Below, one piece after another: positions 9,910 through 19,978 of a stretch of DNA of 64,000 nucleotides (positions are counted from its first letter, which is position 1; every line of letters starts with the position of its first letter). The stretch lies in contig JALTFL010000004.1 in assembly GCA_027007025.1 (NCBI GenBank), positions 4,773-68,772 of the forward strand. The letters are read 5' to 3'. The stretch comes from Nanobdellati archaeon. GTDB taxonomy: Archaea; Nanobdellota; Nanobdellia; CSSed11-243R1. The notes beneath the pieces are model-generated. The model saw only the letters and a list, made by a program, of their open reading frames with translations, was not told where the DNA came from and made no database searches. The position numbers were made by a program, and so were the translations under genes.

Positions 9910-12542
9910 TTGAGCACATCCTCCTTTGGAATTAACAACTTTCCATTGTCTGATTTTGACACGTCAATTCCATCGCCGCCATATACAAACTGAACGATTC
10001 TTCCTGACGCATCCCTAACAGTTCTATCATATTCCACCTTCAAGTCCTGAAGGGCATTGACAAGCCTTCTTTGAAGATAACCTGATTTAGGCGTTCTCAT
10101 AGATGTATCCATAATTGTGTCCCTACCTGTGATAGCGTTGAAGAAAAATTCTGTTGGATTCAATCCTCCTTTATAGGAGTGCCTAACAAATCCGCCTGCG
10201 GCAGGACCAACATCGCCCCACTTGAAATGTGAAAGCGTCCTGTTCCTATATCCTCTCCTTATTCTTGTTCCTCTCAAGCTAAGCTGTCCTACTGACGCTG
10301 ACATAAGGGACAAATTAAGCAATGAACCTCTCGCACCTGACTGTGCCATTATCAGGGTTGAATTATTTTGCTTCAAATATCTCTCGACAATCCTTCCCGT
10401 CTTGTTTCTTGCCCTGTTTATTGCTTCGATTATCTTGAATTCAAGAGTTTCTCTAACAGTTCTCCCTGGATATGCACGCATTTTTCCTTCCTCAAATTCG
10501 CTTATGAATTTGTCAATGTTCTTCTCGGCAAAGTCAAATGCTTCCTTAATTTCCTTGACTGCATCTGATGGCAAATCTGTGTCCGTGACAGATGTTGTGA
10601 AACCAATCATTTGCAAATAAGCAATACCCAATAAAGATGCCCTTTGAATGAAATCTATAGCTTCCTTGTGTCCATACTTATTTATTATTGCCTGGATTAA
10701 CTTACCCTTCGGCGCCTCGGGACCTATTGCATTTACATCAATCACACCCTGCTTCAATTCCCCTTTTTCAATTATAACCTGTGCATATTTACAATTAGGA
10801 TCCTTGCAGTGCGGGTGTTTTGGACAGTTCTTTGAACGTCCCCTATAATTTACATTAGGCAGTATCATTGAAAAGATTTGTCTGCCTGTGTAATACTTGA
10901 CGCCGTTCTTTTTGGCGGCAGATTTTTTTGGAAGTTCACTAACACCGGCCTGCGCAAGCAAGAAAGCTGCGTCTTCCTGTGATATCAAATTGTCCTCGTC
11001 CTTTGTAAGCAAGTAGTTACCTGTTATCTGGTCCTGAATCGCACCAATAATTGGAAGTCCGTAACGAGGTGTGACCATATTGCTCGCGACGCTGACAAGA
11101 ATTTCAGCTTCAGCCCTCGCTTCCTCCGTCTGAGGAACATGTAAGTTCATCTCGTCACCATCGAAGTCAGCGTTATATGGTGGTGTTGCACTTAAGTTTA
11201 GCCTGAATGTTTTAAATGGGAGCACTCTAACTTTGTGCGCCATGATGCTCATCCTATGAAGAGAAGGCTGTCTATTGAACAACGCAATGTCTCCATCTTT
11301 TAAATGCCTCTCAACAATGAATCCTGGAGCGAGCTCTTCAAGTATTGTTTCTCTTGTTTCGTCTGAAATTACCCTGCGCTTTCCATCAGGGGTTATAACA
11401 TAATTCGCACTTGGATATTTGTCAGGTCCATTTTTGACATATTCCTTCATCTGCTTTAAGTTCCACTCAGTAACTCTTTCTGGAACAGTTAATTCTTTTG
11501 CGATTACAAGTGGAACTCCAACTTCGTCAACTGCCAACTTTGAATCTGGAGATATTACTGTTCTTGCCGAGAAATTCACACGCTTACCAGCAAGGTTTCT
11601 TCTGAATCTTCCTTCTTTGCCTTTGATTCTTTCAGCGAGAGTCTTAAGCGGGCGTCCGCTTCTGTGCCTTGCGGGTGGAACCTGCGCTATGTTATTGGCG
11701 AAAAATGTGGTAACATGGTATTGAAGCAAATCCCACAAATCTTCAACTATGATTTCTGGTGCTCCGGCGCTTAAATTCTCATAAAGCCTTTGATTTGTCC
11801 TAACTATATCACTAAGCTTATGAGTCAAATCGTCTTCGCTTCTCTCACCTGATTCAAGCGTTATTGAGGGACGCATCGATACAGGTGGTACTGGCAAAAC
11901 AGTAAGAACCATCCATTCAGGTCTTCCTGCTGCTGGCGAAATTCCCAAAAGTTCTGAATCAGTGTCAGGAACTTTTTTCAGCCTTTCAAGAACATCAATT
12001 GGTGTAAGCTTCTTGTTTTTCTCAGTAAATGTGTAAGGCTTAACTAACTTGACTCTTTCCTGTTTCGCCCCGCAATGCGGACATTTCTTTATCAACTTTG
12101 TTTTGTTCAATATCTCTTTTAGTATCCCTGCCCTTACGCGGGCGTCTCCCTTTGCGTCTCTCAATTTCTCGAGCCATTTGTCAATGTCCGCCTGTGGCAA
12201 AAGCAACCTTCCACATTCAGAGCATGTACTTCTTAAAAATGAGTAAACTAAGGGGATATACCTAATATGAAAAACAGGTCTCGCAAGTTCGATATACCCA
12301 AAGTGTCCAGGGCATTCATTTACCTTTCCACCGCAGGTTCTACATCTCAACCCTGGGTCTATGACACCCATCCTTAAATCCATCAATGAACCGTCAACAG
12401 GATAACCATCCGCATCGTAAAGCTCAGGAGTCACAACTTTCACGACAGACATTTTCTTAATCAATTTTGGCGAAAGCATTTTAAATTCTATCGAATCAAT
12501 TTTATTTTTCGCTATTTTATTTACTTCTTCGTTGATTATCAT
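9906..12542 (-). CDS. rpoA1: DNA-directed RNA polymerase subunit A'
   Basis: 878 aa; N-terminal zinc clusters, [10 protein letters not shown] catalytic Mg-binding motif. Confidence 0.95.
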   Translation of the reverse strand: MIINEEVNKIAKNKIDSIEFKMLSPKLIKKMSVVKVVTPELYDADGYPVDGSLMDLRMGVIDPGLRCRTCGGKVNECPGHFGYIELARPVFHIRYIPLVYSFLRSTCSECGRLLLPQADIDKWLEKLRDAKGDARVRAGILKEILNKTKLIKKCPHCGAKQERVKLVKPYTFTEKNKKLTPIDVLERLKKVPDTDSELLGISPAAGRPEWMVLTVLPVPPVSMRPSITLESGERSEDDLTHKLSDIVRTNQRLYENLSAGAPEIIVEDLWDLLQYHVTTFFANNIAQVPPARHRSGRPLKTLAERIKGKEGRFRRNLAGKRVNFSARTVISPDSKLAVDEVGVPLVIAKELTVPERVTEWNLKQMKEYVKNGPDKYPSANYVITPDGKRRVISDETRETILEELAPGFIVERHLKDGDIALFNRQPSLHRMSIMAHKVRVLPFKTFRLNLSATPPYNADFDGDEMNLHVPQTEEARAEAEILVSVASNMVTPRYGLPIIGAIQDQITGNYLLTKDEDNLISQEDAAFLLAQAGVSELPKKSAAKKNGVKYYTGRQIFSMILPNVNYRGRSKNCPKHPHCKDPNCKYAQVIIEKGELKQGVIDVNAIGPEAPKGKLIQAIINKYGHKEAIDFIQRASLLGIAYLQMIGFTTSVTDTDLPSDAVKEIKEAFDFAEKNIDKFISEFEEGKMRAYPGRTVRETLEFKIIEAINRARNKTGRIVERYLKQNNSTLIMAQSGARGSLLNLSLMSASVGQLSLRGTRIRRGYRNRTLSHFKWGDVGPAAGGFVRHSYKGGLNPTEFFFNAITGRDTIMDTSMRTPKSGYLQRRLVNALQDLKVEYDRTVRDASGRIVQFVYGGDGIDVSKSDNGKLLIPKEDVLK

Positions 12543-14353
12543 TTTTCAACCTCGAACTTTGGTTTAATATTCAACTTTGGATAGATACCCATAGATTTTA
12601 ATTCGTCAAGGAGCAACTTGAAGGCATATGCCATCTCGACAAATTCAATTGGTGCGTCTTCTCCGCAAACAGGGCAGATTGTCTTGTTCTTGAACTTGTT
12701 GTAAATCGCAACCATACCACATTTTTTACATATAGGCACAATCGTTCTATCAGAATCAAATCTTTCTTTAAGCAACAATGCTGAACCATGCGCGACGAAG
12801 CAATCCTTCTCCATCTCTCCAAGCCTAAGTCCTCCTTCCTTTGCGCGTCCTTCTGTAGGCTGCCTTGTCAGCAACTGTACTGGACCTCTGCTTCTTGCAT
12901 GCAACTTATTTGCTACCATGTGCTTCAATCTATAATAATACTGACTTCCAACAAATATCTTAGCCTCAAAGCGTCTGCCTGTTCTCCCATCATACATCTC
13001 TTCAGTTCCATCTTCCCTGAAGCCTGCTTCTTTAAGCATTCTTCTTAATGTAAATTCATCCACGCTTTGAAATGCAGTTGCATCCACGTTTTTACCATTT
13101 AAAGCGCCGACTTTTCCACCTATAATTTCTATAAGGTGTCCTATAGTCATACGCGTTGGAATAGAGTGCGCCGAGAAAATTATATCTGGAACAATTCCAT
13201 CTTCTGTGAATGGCATATCTTCCTCAGGAACAATCAAACCAATTACACCTTTCTGCCCGTGCCTTGACGCGAACTTGTCACCAAGTTCCGGAATTCTTTC
13301 ATCTCTTATTTTTACTTTGACAAATTTATTTCCTTCCTCACTTTCGGAAACCAAAACACTGTCGACAACACCTTTCTCGCCGTGCGCAAGAGTTGTTGAT
13401 GTTTCCCTTTGTGCTTCCGTTCCAACTCTTAATTCTTCCAAACTTGAAAGGAATCTTGGCGGCGAAACTTTTCCTACCAAAACATCTCCCGCTTCAACTT
13501 TAACTTCTGGATAAACAATTCCGTCTTCTTCCAAATATCTATAAGCGTGTTCAGTTCTATATCCCTTAACTTCTTTGTCAGGAAGAGATATGCTATCCGT
13601 CTGTCCGCCTGGATATCTCAACTCTTCACAGACATAAGGCTTGAATGTTGTTGCCCTAAACAGTCCTCTATCTATGCTTGCCTGGTTTATGACAACCGCG
13701 TCCTGTATGTTATAACCATCAAAAGGCATTATCGCTACAATCACATTTTGTCCTACAGGATGGTCTTCAAACCTTAACAAATCATACATTTGTGTTTTGA
13801 CTATCGGGAATTGTGGGTAGTGAATTATTGAAACATCCGTATCTGCCCTTAATGGCAAATTCGCCGTATAAAGCCCCAGCGCCTGCTTTGTCATCTTAGC
13901 ACCGAGGGTTATACGATAGCTAAGAGAATTTTGAGGGTATGGAACCATGTTAGCCTGCGGACCCATGATGACTGTAGGAGAAATCTCAAGATGTGTGTGT
14001 TCAGGTGTTAATTTCTTTTCGTCAAACGCAATATACGCATTCTCTTCTTCCTCTGCATCAAGATATTCTATGACTCCCTCTTTTACCAAATCATCCCATG
14101 TAATCTCATTTTTCTTCAATTTTTCAATGTGTTCTTTCGTCAGAAGGGACTTACCATTTTTCACAATTATTAATGGCCTTCTCGCCCTTCCCTTATCTGA
14201 CAAAATATAAACGCTGTCTTCTTCTTTGAAGAACGCGACATTTGTTTCGGAAGGCAACCTTCCATCTCTGCGCATTTCTTTGATTTCGCTGACTAACTTC
14301 TTAGGATTATCGTGAGTTCCTACAAACTTTCCGTTCAAAAAGATATTTGCCAT
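12539..14353 (-). CDS. rpoB1: DNA-directed RNA polymerase subunit B' (C-terminal half of split RpoB)
   Basis: GDKFASRHGQKG motif, C-terminal zinc ribbon CKKCG...CPVCG. Confidence 0.9.
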   Translation of the reverse strand: MANIFLNGKFVGTHDNPKKLVSEIKEMRRDGRLPSETNVAFFKEEDSVYILSDKGRARRPLIIVKNGKSLLTKEHIEKLKKNEITWDDLVKEGVIEYLDAEEEENAYIAFDEKKLTPEHTHLEISPTVIMGPQANMVPYPQNSLSYRITLGAKMTKQALGLYTANLPLRADTDVSIIHYPQFPIVKTQMYDLLRFEDHPVGQNVIVAIMPFDGYNIQDAVVINQASIDRGLFRATTFKPYVCEELRYPGGQTDSISLPDKEVKGYRTEHAYRYLEEDGIVYPEVKVEAGDVLVGKVSPPRFLSSLEELRVGTEAQRETSTTLAHGEKGVVDSVLVSESEEGNKFVKVKIRDERIPELGDKFASRHGQKGVIGLIVPEEDMPFTEDGIVPDIIFSAHSIPTRMTIGHLIEIIGGKVGALNGKNVDATAFQSVDEFTLRRMLKEAGFREDGTEEMYDGRTGRRFEAKIFVGSQYYYRLKHMVANKLHARSRGPVQLLTRQPTEGRAKEGGLRLGEMEKDCFVAHGSALLLKERFDSDRTIVPICKKCGMVAIYNKFKNKTICPVCGEDAPIEFVEMAYAFKLLLDELKSMGIYPKLNIKPKFEVEK

Positions 14354-14354
14354 T

Positions 14355-15860
14355 TTATTTTACCCTCTTAAGTCCTGCCTTTTGCAACTTTGAAACTATA
14401 TCCTCATCACTAACTTCAGGCTCAGTAGATATCTCACAGGTGATAGCAAGATTCTTTCTAAGTCCTACATTCACACCCTCCGGCGTTTCAGAAGTACATA
14501 ACCTTCCCCAATGAGTTGGGTGTAAGTCACGCGCCTCGAAGTTCTCCCTGCTTGCAGTAAGAAGGGAAACAACTCTCCTTATATGTGAAATTGTCGCGTA
14601 ATAATTAAGCCTGTCCAAGTGCTGTGAAATACCATGCCTATCACCTATCCATTCGCCAGTCGCAAGAGCACTTCTTAATCTTGATGTCAATAATTGTGAG
14701 CGCACTACAGACTGCAAGTTTGGAATTCTACCGCGCTTTACCAATCTTTCAAAATTATATTTGGCATCGCCGACAAGCATTCTAAACGAAAACCTAAACA
14801 AATTCTCAAGCAAGTCCCCGCTTAATCTAAGTCTTTTATTGGCGTAATGATCCTTATCATCCGGCTCGACTTCCCCATATGATAAAAGAAGAAGTTTCTT
14901 AACAGCCCTTGCCAAGAAAAGCGCCTTTAGCATTCTGGATTCCGGGGTATGTCCTATATGCGGCAAGAAAAATCTGTCAATCATTTCTTCCGCTCTTTCG
15001 ATTCTCTTCTCTGGAATCATTATGCCCATTGTTTTGCCAATAGCTTCCAATGCATTTGCACTCTTTTTCATGCCGCTGGCTTCATACAAATTAATATACA
15101 AATCTGATGAAAATTTACTTTCCGTGGATATTGCTTCGATTATGTCTTTGTCTTTTGTCATTCCAAGGGCTTTCATCAAAAGGGCGAATGGAATTTTCTG
15201 CAACTTTGTAAATGAAACATAAACTGTGCCATCTTTTGCTTTTTCTAATGTGTGAGGAATATTATACTGTCCATCCTCACTAAATATCTTACCAACATAA
15301 GGGTAAGTTCCTGTTTTTTGGACATCAACCAAAAGTTTGTTTGTAACTAAATCCTCAACAATCACAACGACTCTTTCTGTTCCATTGATTATGAAATATC
15401 CTCCTGGGTCATCGGGGTCTTCCCCTATGTCAATTAATTCATCTCTAGTTAATCCATTTAGATAACAGTTGTCAGAATGGAGCATTATTGGGAGGCTCCC
15501 AACTTGTATGACTTGTTTATCCTTCTCTTCACCGCCTTGAACTATGCTCATTTCTAATAAAATGGGGGCTTCATAAGTCAAGTTTCTTAGACGAGCTTCA
15601 ATTGGATGCACCTCTCTTCTAGAACCATCCGCTTCTTTTACAATGGGTTTTTCAACCCATATTTTACCAAGCTTTATTTTTAAGTCTCTGACACCTATAG
15701 GAAGAATGTCTGGTATTATCTCCCCAACTTCGTTTACGACTCTCTGCATTCCAAATTTTATGAACTTGTTGAATGATTTTATATTGTGGTCTGTAAATGA
15801 ATGATAATCAAAATACTTTTTCAGCAAAAATTGAGATGTTTCTTTATCCACGGATTCCAC
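14355..15860 (-). CDS. rpoB2: DNA-directed RNA polymerase subunit B'' (N-terminal half of split RpoB)
   Basis: 501 aa immediately upstream of B'; split-rpoB arrangement. Confidence 0.9.
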   Translation of the reverse strand: MESVDKETSQFLLKKYFDYHSFTDHNIKSFNKFIKFGMQRVVNEVGEIIPDILPIGVRDLKIKLGKIWVEKPIVKEADGSRREVHPIEARLRNLTYEAPILLEMSIVQGGEEKDKQVIQVGSLPIMLHSDNCYLNGLTRDELIDIGEDPDDPGGYFIINGTERVVVIVEDLVTNKLLVDVQKTGTYPYVGKIFSEDGQYNIPHTLEKAKDGTVYVSFTKLQKIPFALLMKALGMTKDKDIIEAISTESKFSSDLYINLYEASGMKKSANALEAIGKTMGIMIPEKRIERAEEMIDRFFLPHIGHTPESRMLKALFLARAVKKLLLLSYGEVEPDDKDHYANKRLRLSGDLLENLFRFSFRMLVGDAKYNFERLVKRGRIPNLQSVVRSQLLTSRLRSALATGEWIGDRHGISQHLDRLNYYATISHIRRVVSLLTASRENFEARDLHPTHWGRLCTSETPEGVNVGLRKNLAITCEISTEPEVSDEDIVSKLQKAGLKRVK

Positions 15861-16125
15861 CTACTACTACTCTATAATACTTTGATAACCCTGCTATCTT
15901 ATTTTTCCTCGTAAACTCAATTATATCGCCGACTTTTGCTTCGAGCGCTTTTACAACAGGGTCCGACGGAAGAATTAAAGGCAACTGTCTCTTTGAGATG
16001 TTATATTTCTCCATAAATTCCCTTTGTTCATCCTCGGATAAAACTCTACATTCAGGAACTAATTTGCTCTTAAAAATATCTATTGGTTTTTCTTCCTTTG
16101 TAGATTTTTTAGATGCCATAATCAC
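15844..16125 (-). CDS. rpoH: DNA-directed RNA polymerase subunit H (Rpb5 homologue)
   Basis: Small protein with YNISKRQLP...VVKALEAKVGDIIEFTR; first gene of the rpoH-B-A cluster. Confidence 0.8.
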   Translation of the reverse strand: MIMASKKSTKEEKPIDIFKSKLVPECRVLSEDEQREFMEKYNISKRQLPLILPSDPVVKALEAKVGDIIEFTRKNKIAGLSKYYRVVVGGIRG

Positions 16126-16180
16126 AACTCTCCTTTATATTCCTCCAATGCTTTTCCCAAGAATTGAAAGTCAAAATGAA

Positions 16181-16294
16181 TGGGCCCGGGGGGATTCGAA
16201 CCCCTGGCCTCCTGGTTAAAAGCAACACCTTCAAATCCAATTTTATTAGAATGAATTTGAAACAGGCGCTCTGACCAGGCTGAGCTACGGGCCC
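16181..16294 (-). tRNA. tRNA-Lys (anticodon UUU) with a roughly 39-nt intron at a non-canonical position in the anticodon stem
   Basis: Minus strand reads GGGCCCG-TA-GCTC-AGCCTGGTCA-GAGC-G-CCTG[intron]G-CTTTTAA-CCAGG-AGGCC-AGGGG-TTCGAAT-CCCCC-CGGGCCC-A; acceptor stem 7 bp, canonical D-arm and T-loop; one A:C mismatch at the top of the T-stem. Confidence 0.6.
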
Positions 16295-16380
16295 AAGCTA
16301 AATTTTTAGAATTTGATAGAATATTCTGCATAAATTGTTCGTGAGAGGCATCAAGCATACTTTTGTGAGTTTTTTTCTCA

Positions 16381-16500
16381 TTTATATACCTTTCTATGCA
16401 CTTTCTCTTTCTTAGAAATAAAGAGAACCTGCGCTAAGAGAAAGAATTTCTTCCGGCAAAACCTTTCTTTGGAAAAGAAAGCTGCAGGAAAGAAAGAAGA
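16381..16500. repeat. Hairpin-repeat region (ttctcttt-cttagaaat-aaagagaa; gaacctgcgctaagagaaag; ctttcttt-ggaa-aagaaag)
   Basis: Inverted repeats with pyrimidine and purine arms; contains the shared 20-nt motif in inverted orientation. Confidence 0.5.
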
Positions 16501-16504
16501 AAAA

Positions 16505-17749
16505 CTAATTGTATTCAGGGTTAGTTACTCTGCCCATGAATAGAATTTCGCCCGTATTTTTGTCCTCGATTATAAACATGAATGGATGATTTGCCCTAAA
16601 AACAGGTTGATGCATCTGAACAGCTGTAATCCCAACCGATACTTCTGTCGCAGCTGCTGCTTCCGTTCCCTCTTCATTTACATCAATGTATGCTTGGTGG
16701 ATTACACTTTGTATTAACAATCCACCTTTCTTTGACATACCAGTTAAATCCGCACCATATGAAAATGGTGTTGGCATTCCCATTTCCTTCAAATCATTTG
16801 CCATAAAATATTTTGTTTCAAATTTAAACCTCGGCAGGTAAACCCTAACTTCCTCACTGTGAAGCTTGCTTGTCAAATCATTTATTTTTTCAACGCTCAA
16901 ACTGTTTTCAAAATCATCTAAACTTCTTGGCAAGAAAACAATCATCGACAAGTTTCCTTTATATGGCAGCTCTAAAACTTGCGTTTCATTTTTTTCATAG
17001 TATGGAAAATCTTCTTTTATATACATCATATCAACAGAAATGTTGCCATCTGGTGTGATAAAATCTTCTTTGTGGGTTGCATTTTTGTTAAACTGGTGGC
17101 TCCAGTTTCCCTTGAAGTAAATCGCATTCGTCAAGACAAGGCGCGTTGCGGAGTTTAGTACTCCTTTCGGAATCAAGTCCTTTATTTTTCCGTTTGTCTG
17201 CTGTTCAATCCAAGTGTTTATTATATTACGTGCAGATTCCTCATCCGCAAAATTTAGATTTGTAACTTTTCCGCCATAAAATTCTTCAATTATATCAAAG
17301 TAATGCTGTGAAAACGGAAAATCTTTCTGCGCCCAAAGGGCGTTTGCAGTTCGCAAGGTATAATTCTCATTTGGAGTGTTGAGTATGTTGTAAATATGCG
17401 CGAACGAAGTCCTCAGCTCGCTCGTATTTCCAGGAAAATAAAAGACATTTTTTATTTCCTTCGCAGTTCTTCCGCGGGCACCCTCATAAACCATAGCAAA
17501 AGCAGATGATATGCTGTATGGCGAAAAGAAAACATTCTGATTTTCAAACTCTGTTGAGTATTTCTTGTACAAATCAATTGCGAACTTGTTGTTTGCTTCC
17601 GCAACCGCATTGAATCCTTGCGAAGTCCAACCACTATCCTTTAAGATAATAGCGTCTTTTGAAGTGATATTCTTTGGAGTAGTTACGCAGCCAAACACAA
17701 TCGCAACAGCGAATATAACCACAATTCCCATCAAAAATTTCGAGTTCAT
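16505..17749 (-). CDS. Serpin (serine protease inhibitor), secreted with lipobox-like signal
   Basis: Hinge EEGTEAAAAT, C-terminal PFMFIIEDKNTGEILFMGRVTNP, N-terminal hydrophobic segment ending FGC. Confidence 0.85.
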   Translation of the reverse strand: MNSKFLMGIVVIFAVAIVFGCVTTPKNITSKDAIILKDSGWTSQGFNAVAEANNKFAIDLYKKYSTEFENQNVFFSPYSISSAFAMVYEGARGRTAKEIKNVFYFPGNTSELRTSFAHIYNILNTPNENYTLRTANALWAQKDFPFSQHYFDIIEEFYGGKVTNLNFADEESARNIINTWIEQQTNGKIKDLIPKGVLNSATRLVLTNAIYFKGNWSHQFNKNATHKEDFITPDGNISVDMMYIKEDFPYYEKNETQVLELPYKGNLSMIVFLPRSLDDFENSLSVEKINDLTSKLHSEEVRVYLPRFKFETKYFMANDLKEMGMPTPFSYGADLTGMSKKGGLLIQSVIHQAYIDVNEEGTEAAAATEVSVGITAVQMHQPVFRANHPFMFIIEDKNTGEILFMGRVTNPEYN

Positions 17750-17945
17750 ATATCTTGTAATACACTAGAATATATTAAGATTTCCATGACTTCAAAATCA
17801 ATAGAAATCATCTTCGTTTTCTGTTCCTATTCTTCTTCCTGCCGCGGCTCTTCTGTTTTATGATGTCTTTTCTCTTTAACCGCTTTCCTTTCCGCTTTCC
17901 CTTTCTTGATTTTGGCTGAATTGTTTTCATAAAAACACCTAGAGT

Positions 17946-17953
17946 AAAAAAAA
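17946..17953 (-). terminator. Oligo-T (T8) run immediately 3' of tRNA-Asp
   Basis: Eight T on the minus strand two nt after the discriminator base; archaeal-type oligo-T terminator. Confidence 0.4.
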
Positions 17954-17954
17954 G

Positions 17955-18195
17955 CGCCCCGACCGGGACTTTCAAACACTCGCCAAGTTTCTCTCTTAGC
18001 GCAGGTTCTCTCTTTTCAAAGAGAGAAAGTGCTTTTGAACCCGGGTCCCCGGCTTGCTGCACTCCGGAATTTCTTCCGCTGGCGCTTCTTTCTAAGAAGA
18101 GCCGTTCGACAGACCGGGATCCTAGACCAACGTCCAACCACTTTCTTTCCGTGAACTCTTTCTTTGGAAAGAAAGGGTTCCTAGACTATCGGGGC
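17955..18195 (-). tRNA. tRNA-Asp (anticodon GUC) with three introns (D-loop, anticodon loop 37/38, T-loop)
   Basis: Acceptor GCCCCGA/TCGGGGC, discriminator G; exon pieces GTCTAG...TTGGTCTAGGAT-C-CCGGT-CTGTCG[48-nt intron]A-GCCGG-GGAC-CCGGG-TTCAAA[intron]T-CCCGG; introns carry hairpin repeats; D-loop exon boundaries uncertain. Confidence 0.6.
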
Positions 18196-18238
18196 ACTAA
18201 CAAAAATGATGGACTACTCCATTTAAAAAAGTTTTGAG

Positions 18239-18398
18239 TCCCAGCGGCCGGACTTTCGAAGCCCACCCTGAGTTTCTTTCCCTCAAGGCTCTCTTTTTGA
18301 AAGAAAGGCTTGGTCGAACCAGCAACCTCACGGTTTCAACGATGGATTTCTCCACCATACCACTACAGCCGTGCGCTCTACCATTGAGCTACGCTGGG
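18239..18398 (-). tRNA. tRNA-Tyr (anticodon GUA) with two introns (anticodon loop 37/38, about 28 nt; T-loop, about 60 nt)
   Basis: CCCAGCG-TA-GCTC-AATGGTA-GAGC-G-CACGG-CTGTAG[intron]A-CCGTG-AGGTT-GCTGG-TTCGA[intron]..-CCGGC-CGCTGGG-A; C1:G72 and A73 as expected for archaeal tRNA-Tyr; anticodon intron contains a GGTGGA-GAAA-TCCATC tetraloop hairpin. Confidence 0.65.
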
Positions 18399-18457
18399 AC
18401 AAATCATTTAGACATCCGTAGGTTTAAAAGTTTTTCTTAAAATAAAAAAGAAAAAGA

Positions 18458-19888
18458 TTACTCGACTTCTATCGCGAGCACGTTTGAGAATTCTTCAACC
18501 TTTTCTCCATTCGCATCCTTGAATTCTACTTTGGCAGGAGAGAACCCAATATGTCCTAAAACCTCAACAGAAGTCCTTATCTTATACGAAAGTACTCTTT
18601 CTTCCTTCGGTTTTATACTCTCAATTTCCCATGTTACATTTTTCTTCTTTCCTTTCTTCTTGATTTCGCCGGGTATTGTTCCATAATCCCTAACTTCCTT
18701 GACAAACGCTGGAAGAGGATCGTATACTTTTACGTGCCTTAACTCGTTGTTAGTCAAGTTCTTGACTTTTATCTGAATCTTCAAGTCCATGAATCCTGGG
18801 TATCTCTTGTAGTCTACAATCTCTTTTCTCACAGTAACTTTTCTAGTCATATACCAAAACGCTGCAATTACTGCAACAGCGGCAAAAGGAATTATGAGAA
18901 TTGGAATATAACTAATTGTATAAGTGACAACCACTTCCGATTGCGGGTTAACACTTAATTTCCAAATTATCTTTCCATTTTCAAAAGAATACCCTTCTGT
19001 CATGCTCGTCGCCAGTGATTTTTCTATCCCTGAAACAGAAGAAGAAACAACACAGTTTGCAACATCAGTTCCTGTGTTTCTTACATTTGCAACATACTTT
19101 TTCCCAAGTAAATTCACAGAAGTATGCTCATTAATTACACAGTTTGAATAACTTACAACGTTAGCAACAGCATTTCCCTTTGAAGTTACATTTCCTGCAA
19201 ATAATAAAGACACCGTAAATGTATGATTGCCTGGAGATGCAGATTCAGGAAGAGTTAAGTTATCTACTGTGATTGTAGTTGTTCCCTCGCTGATATTTTG
19301 ATTATCAACTCTATATGAAAATCCTTCAATATCAGATGTAATCTCCATTGGAACAACAACTGTCTCAACAGGGTTGTATACTTCAAAACTAATTGAAAAG
19401 GGATTCCGTGGATCCAACACCTGTGGATTAATTGTTACTTTATTTATGTTAACCGACTCAAATAATTTTGGAGACTTTAAGATTTCACCCTGCAAGTAAA
19501 TTGGAGGATTTAAGGAATTGCCTTTGTCATCAAAAACCAGCAGTTTAATAAGTATCTTTCCTGGCTTTTGGTCTGACTTGACTGTAAGTGCAACATGGAT
19601 CAGCTGCTCATCGCCAGGGTTTAACGTCAAAACGCTTGGTGTAATATCAGTCAATCCTGTGAAAAGAACATTCAAGCTTAGTTTAATTGGAGATGAACCA
19701 TCATTCCTTAGAGTAACATTATACTCTAATTTGTCTCCTGGCTTTGCCTTGTCGTTAATTACCCCAACACTGTATTTGATATTTGACAAATCGTCTGCCT
19801 TTGCGGCACTTAAAATGCTAAAAAACATTACTGCAAAAAGTAAAGATAACATTATTTTTTTGGATACCATGTGATAACTTAATTCCAA
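18458..19888 (-). CDS. Cell-surface protein: signal peptide, large extracellular region, C-proximal transmembrane anchor and lysine-rich cytoplasmic tail
   Basis: N-terminal hydrophobic signal, many N-x-S/T sequons, hydrophobic helix IPILIIPFAAVAVIAAFWYM followed by RK-rich segment. Confidence 0.6.
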   Translation of the reverse strand: MELSYHMVSKKIMLSLLFAVMFFSILSAAKADDLSNIKYSVGVINDKAKPGDKLEYNVTLRNDGSSPIKLSLNVLFTGLTDITPSVLTLNPGDEQLIHVALTVKSDQKPGKILIKLLVFDDKGNSLNPPIYLQGEILKSPKLFESVNINKVTINPQVLDPRNPFSISFEVYNPVETVVVPMEITSDIEGFSYRVDNQNISEGTTTITVDNLTLPESASPGNHTFTVSLLFAGNVTSKGNAVANVVSYSNCVINEHTSVNLLGKKYVANVRNTGTDVANCVVSSSVSGIEKSLATSMTEGYSFENGKIIWKLSVNPQSEVVVTYTISYIPILIIPFAAVAVIAAFWYMTRKVTVRKEIVDYKRYPGFMDLKIQIKVKNLTNNELRHVKVYDPLPAFVKEVRDYGTIPGEIKKKGKKKNVTWEIESIKPKEERVLSYKIRTSVEVLGHIGFSPAKVEFKDANGEKVEEFSNVLAIEVE

Positions 19889-19978
19889 GATATTTATAAA
19901 TTCTTTGATGTCAAATATATCAACTTAAGCAGAGATGACTATTTAAACAACCATGTTTTTCTAAAAATTGGTGATGAA

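Noticed and set aside
9044-15222. Numerous 60-140-aa plus-strand ORFs inside the RNA polymerase genes
   Set aside because: All are antisense to long, motif-bearing RNA polymerase subunit genes
16122-16358. 78-aa ORF on the minus strand
   Set aside because: Overlaps the tRNA-Lys gene and its intron
17808-18137. 109-aa Lys/Arg-rich ORF on the minus strand
   Set aside because: Lies across the tRNA-Asp locus and a polypurine tract; the basic composition is a translation artefact of purine-rich DNA
18234-18440. 68-aa ORF on the plus strand
   Set aside because: Antisense to and fully overlapping tRNA-Tyr
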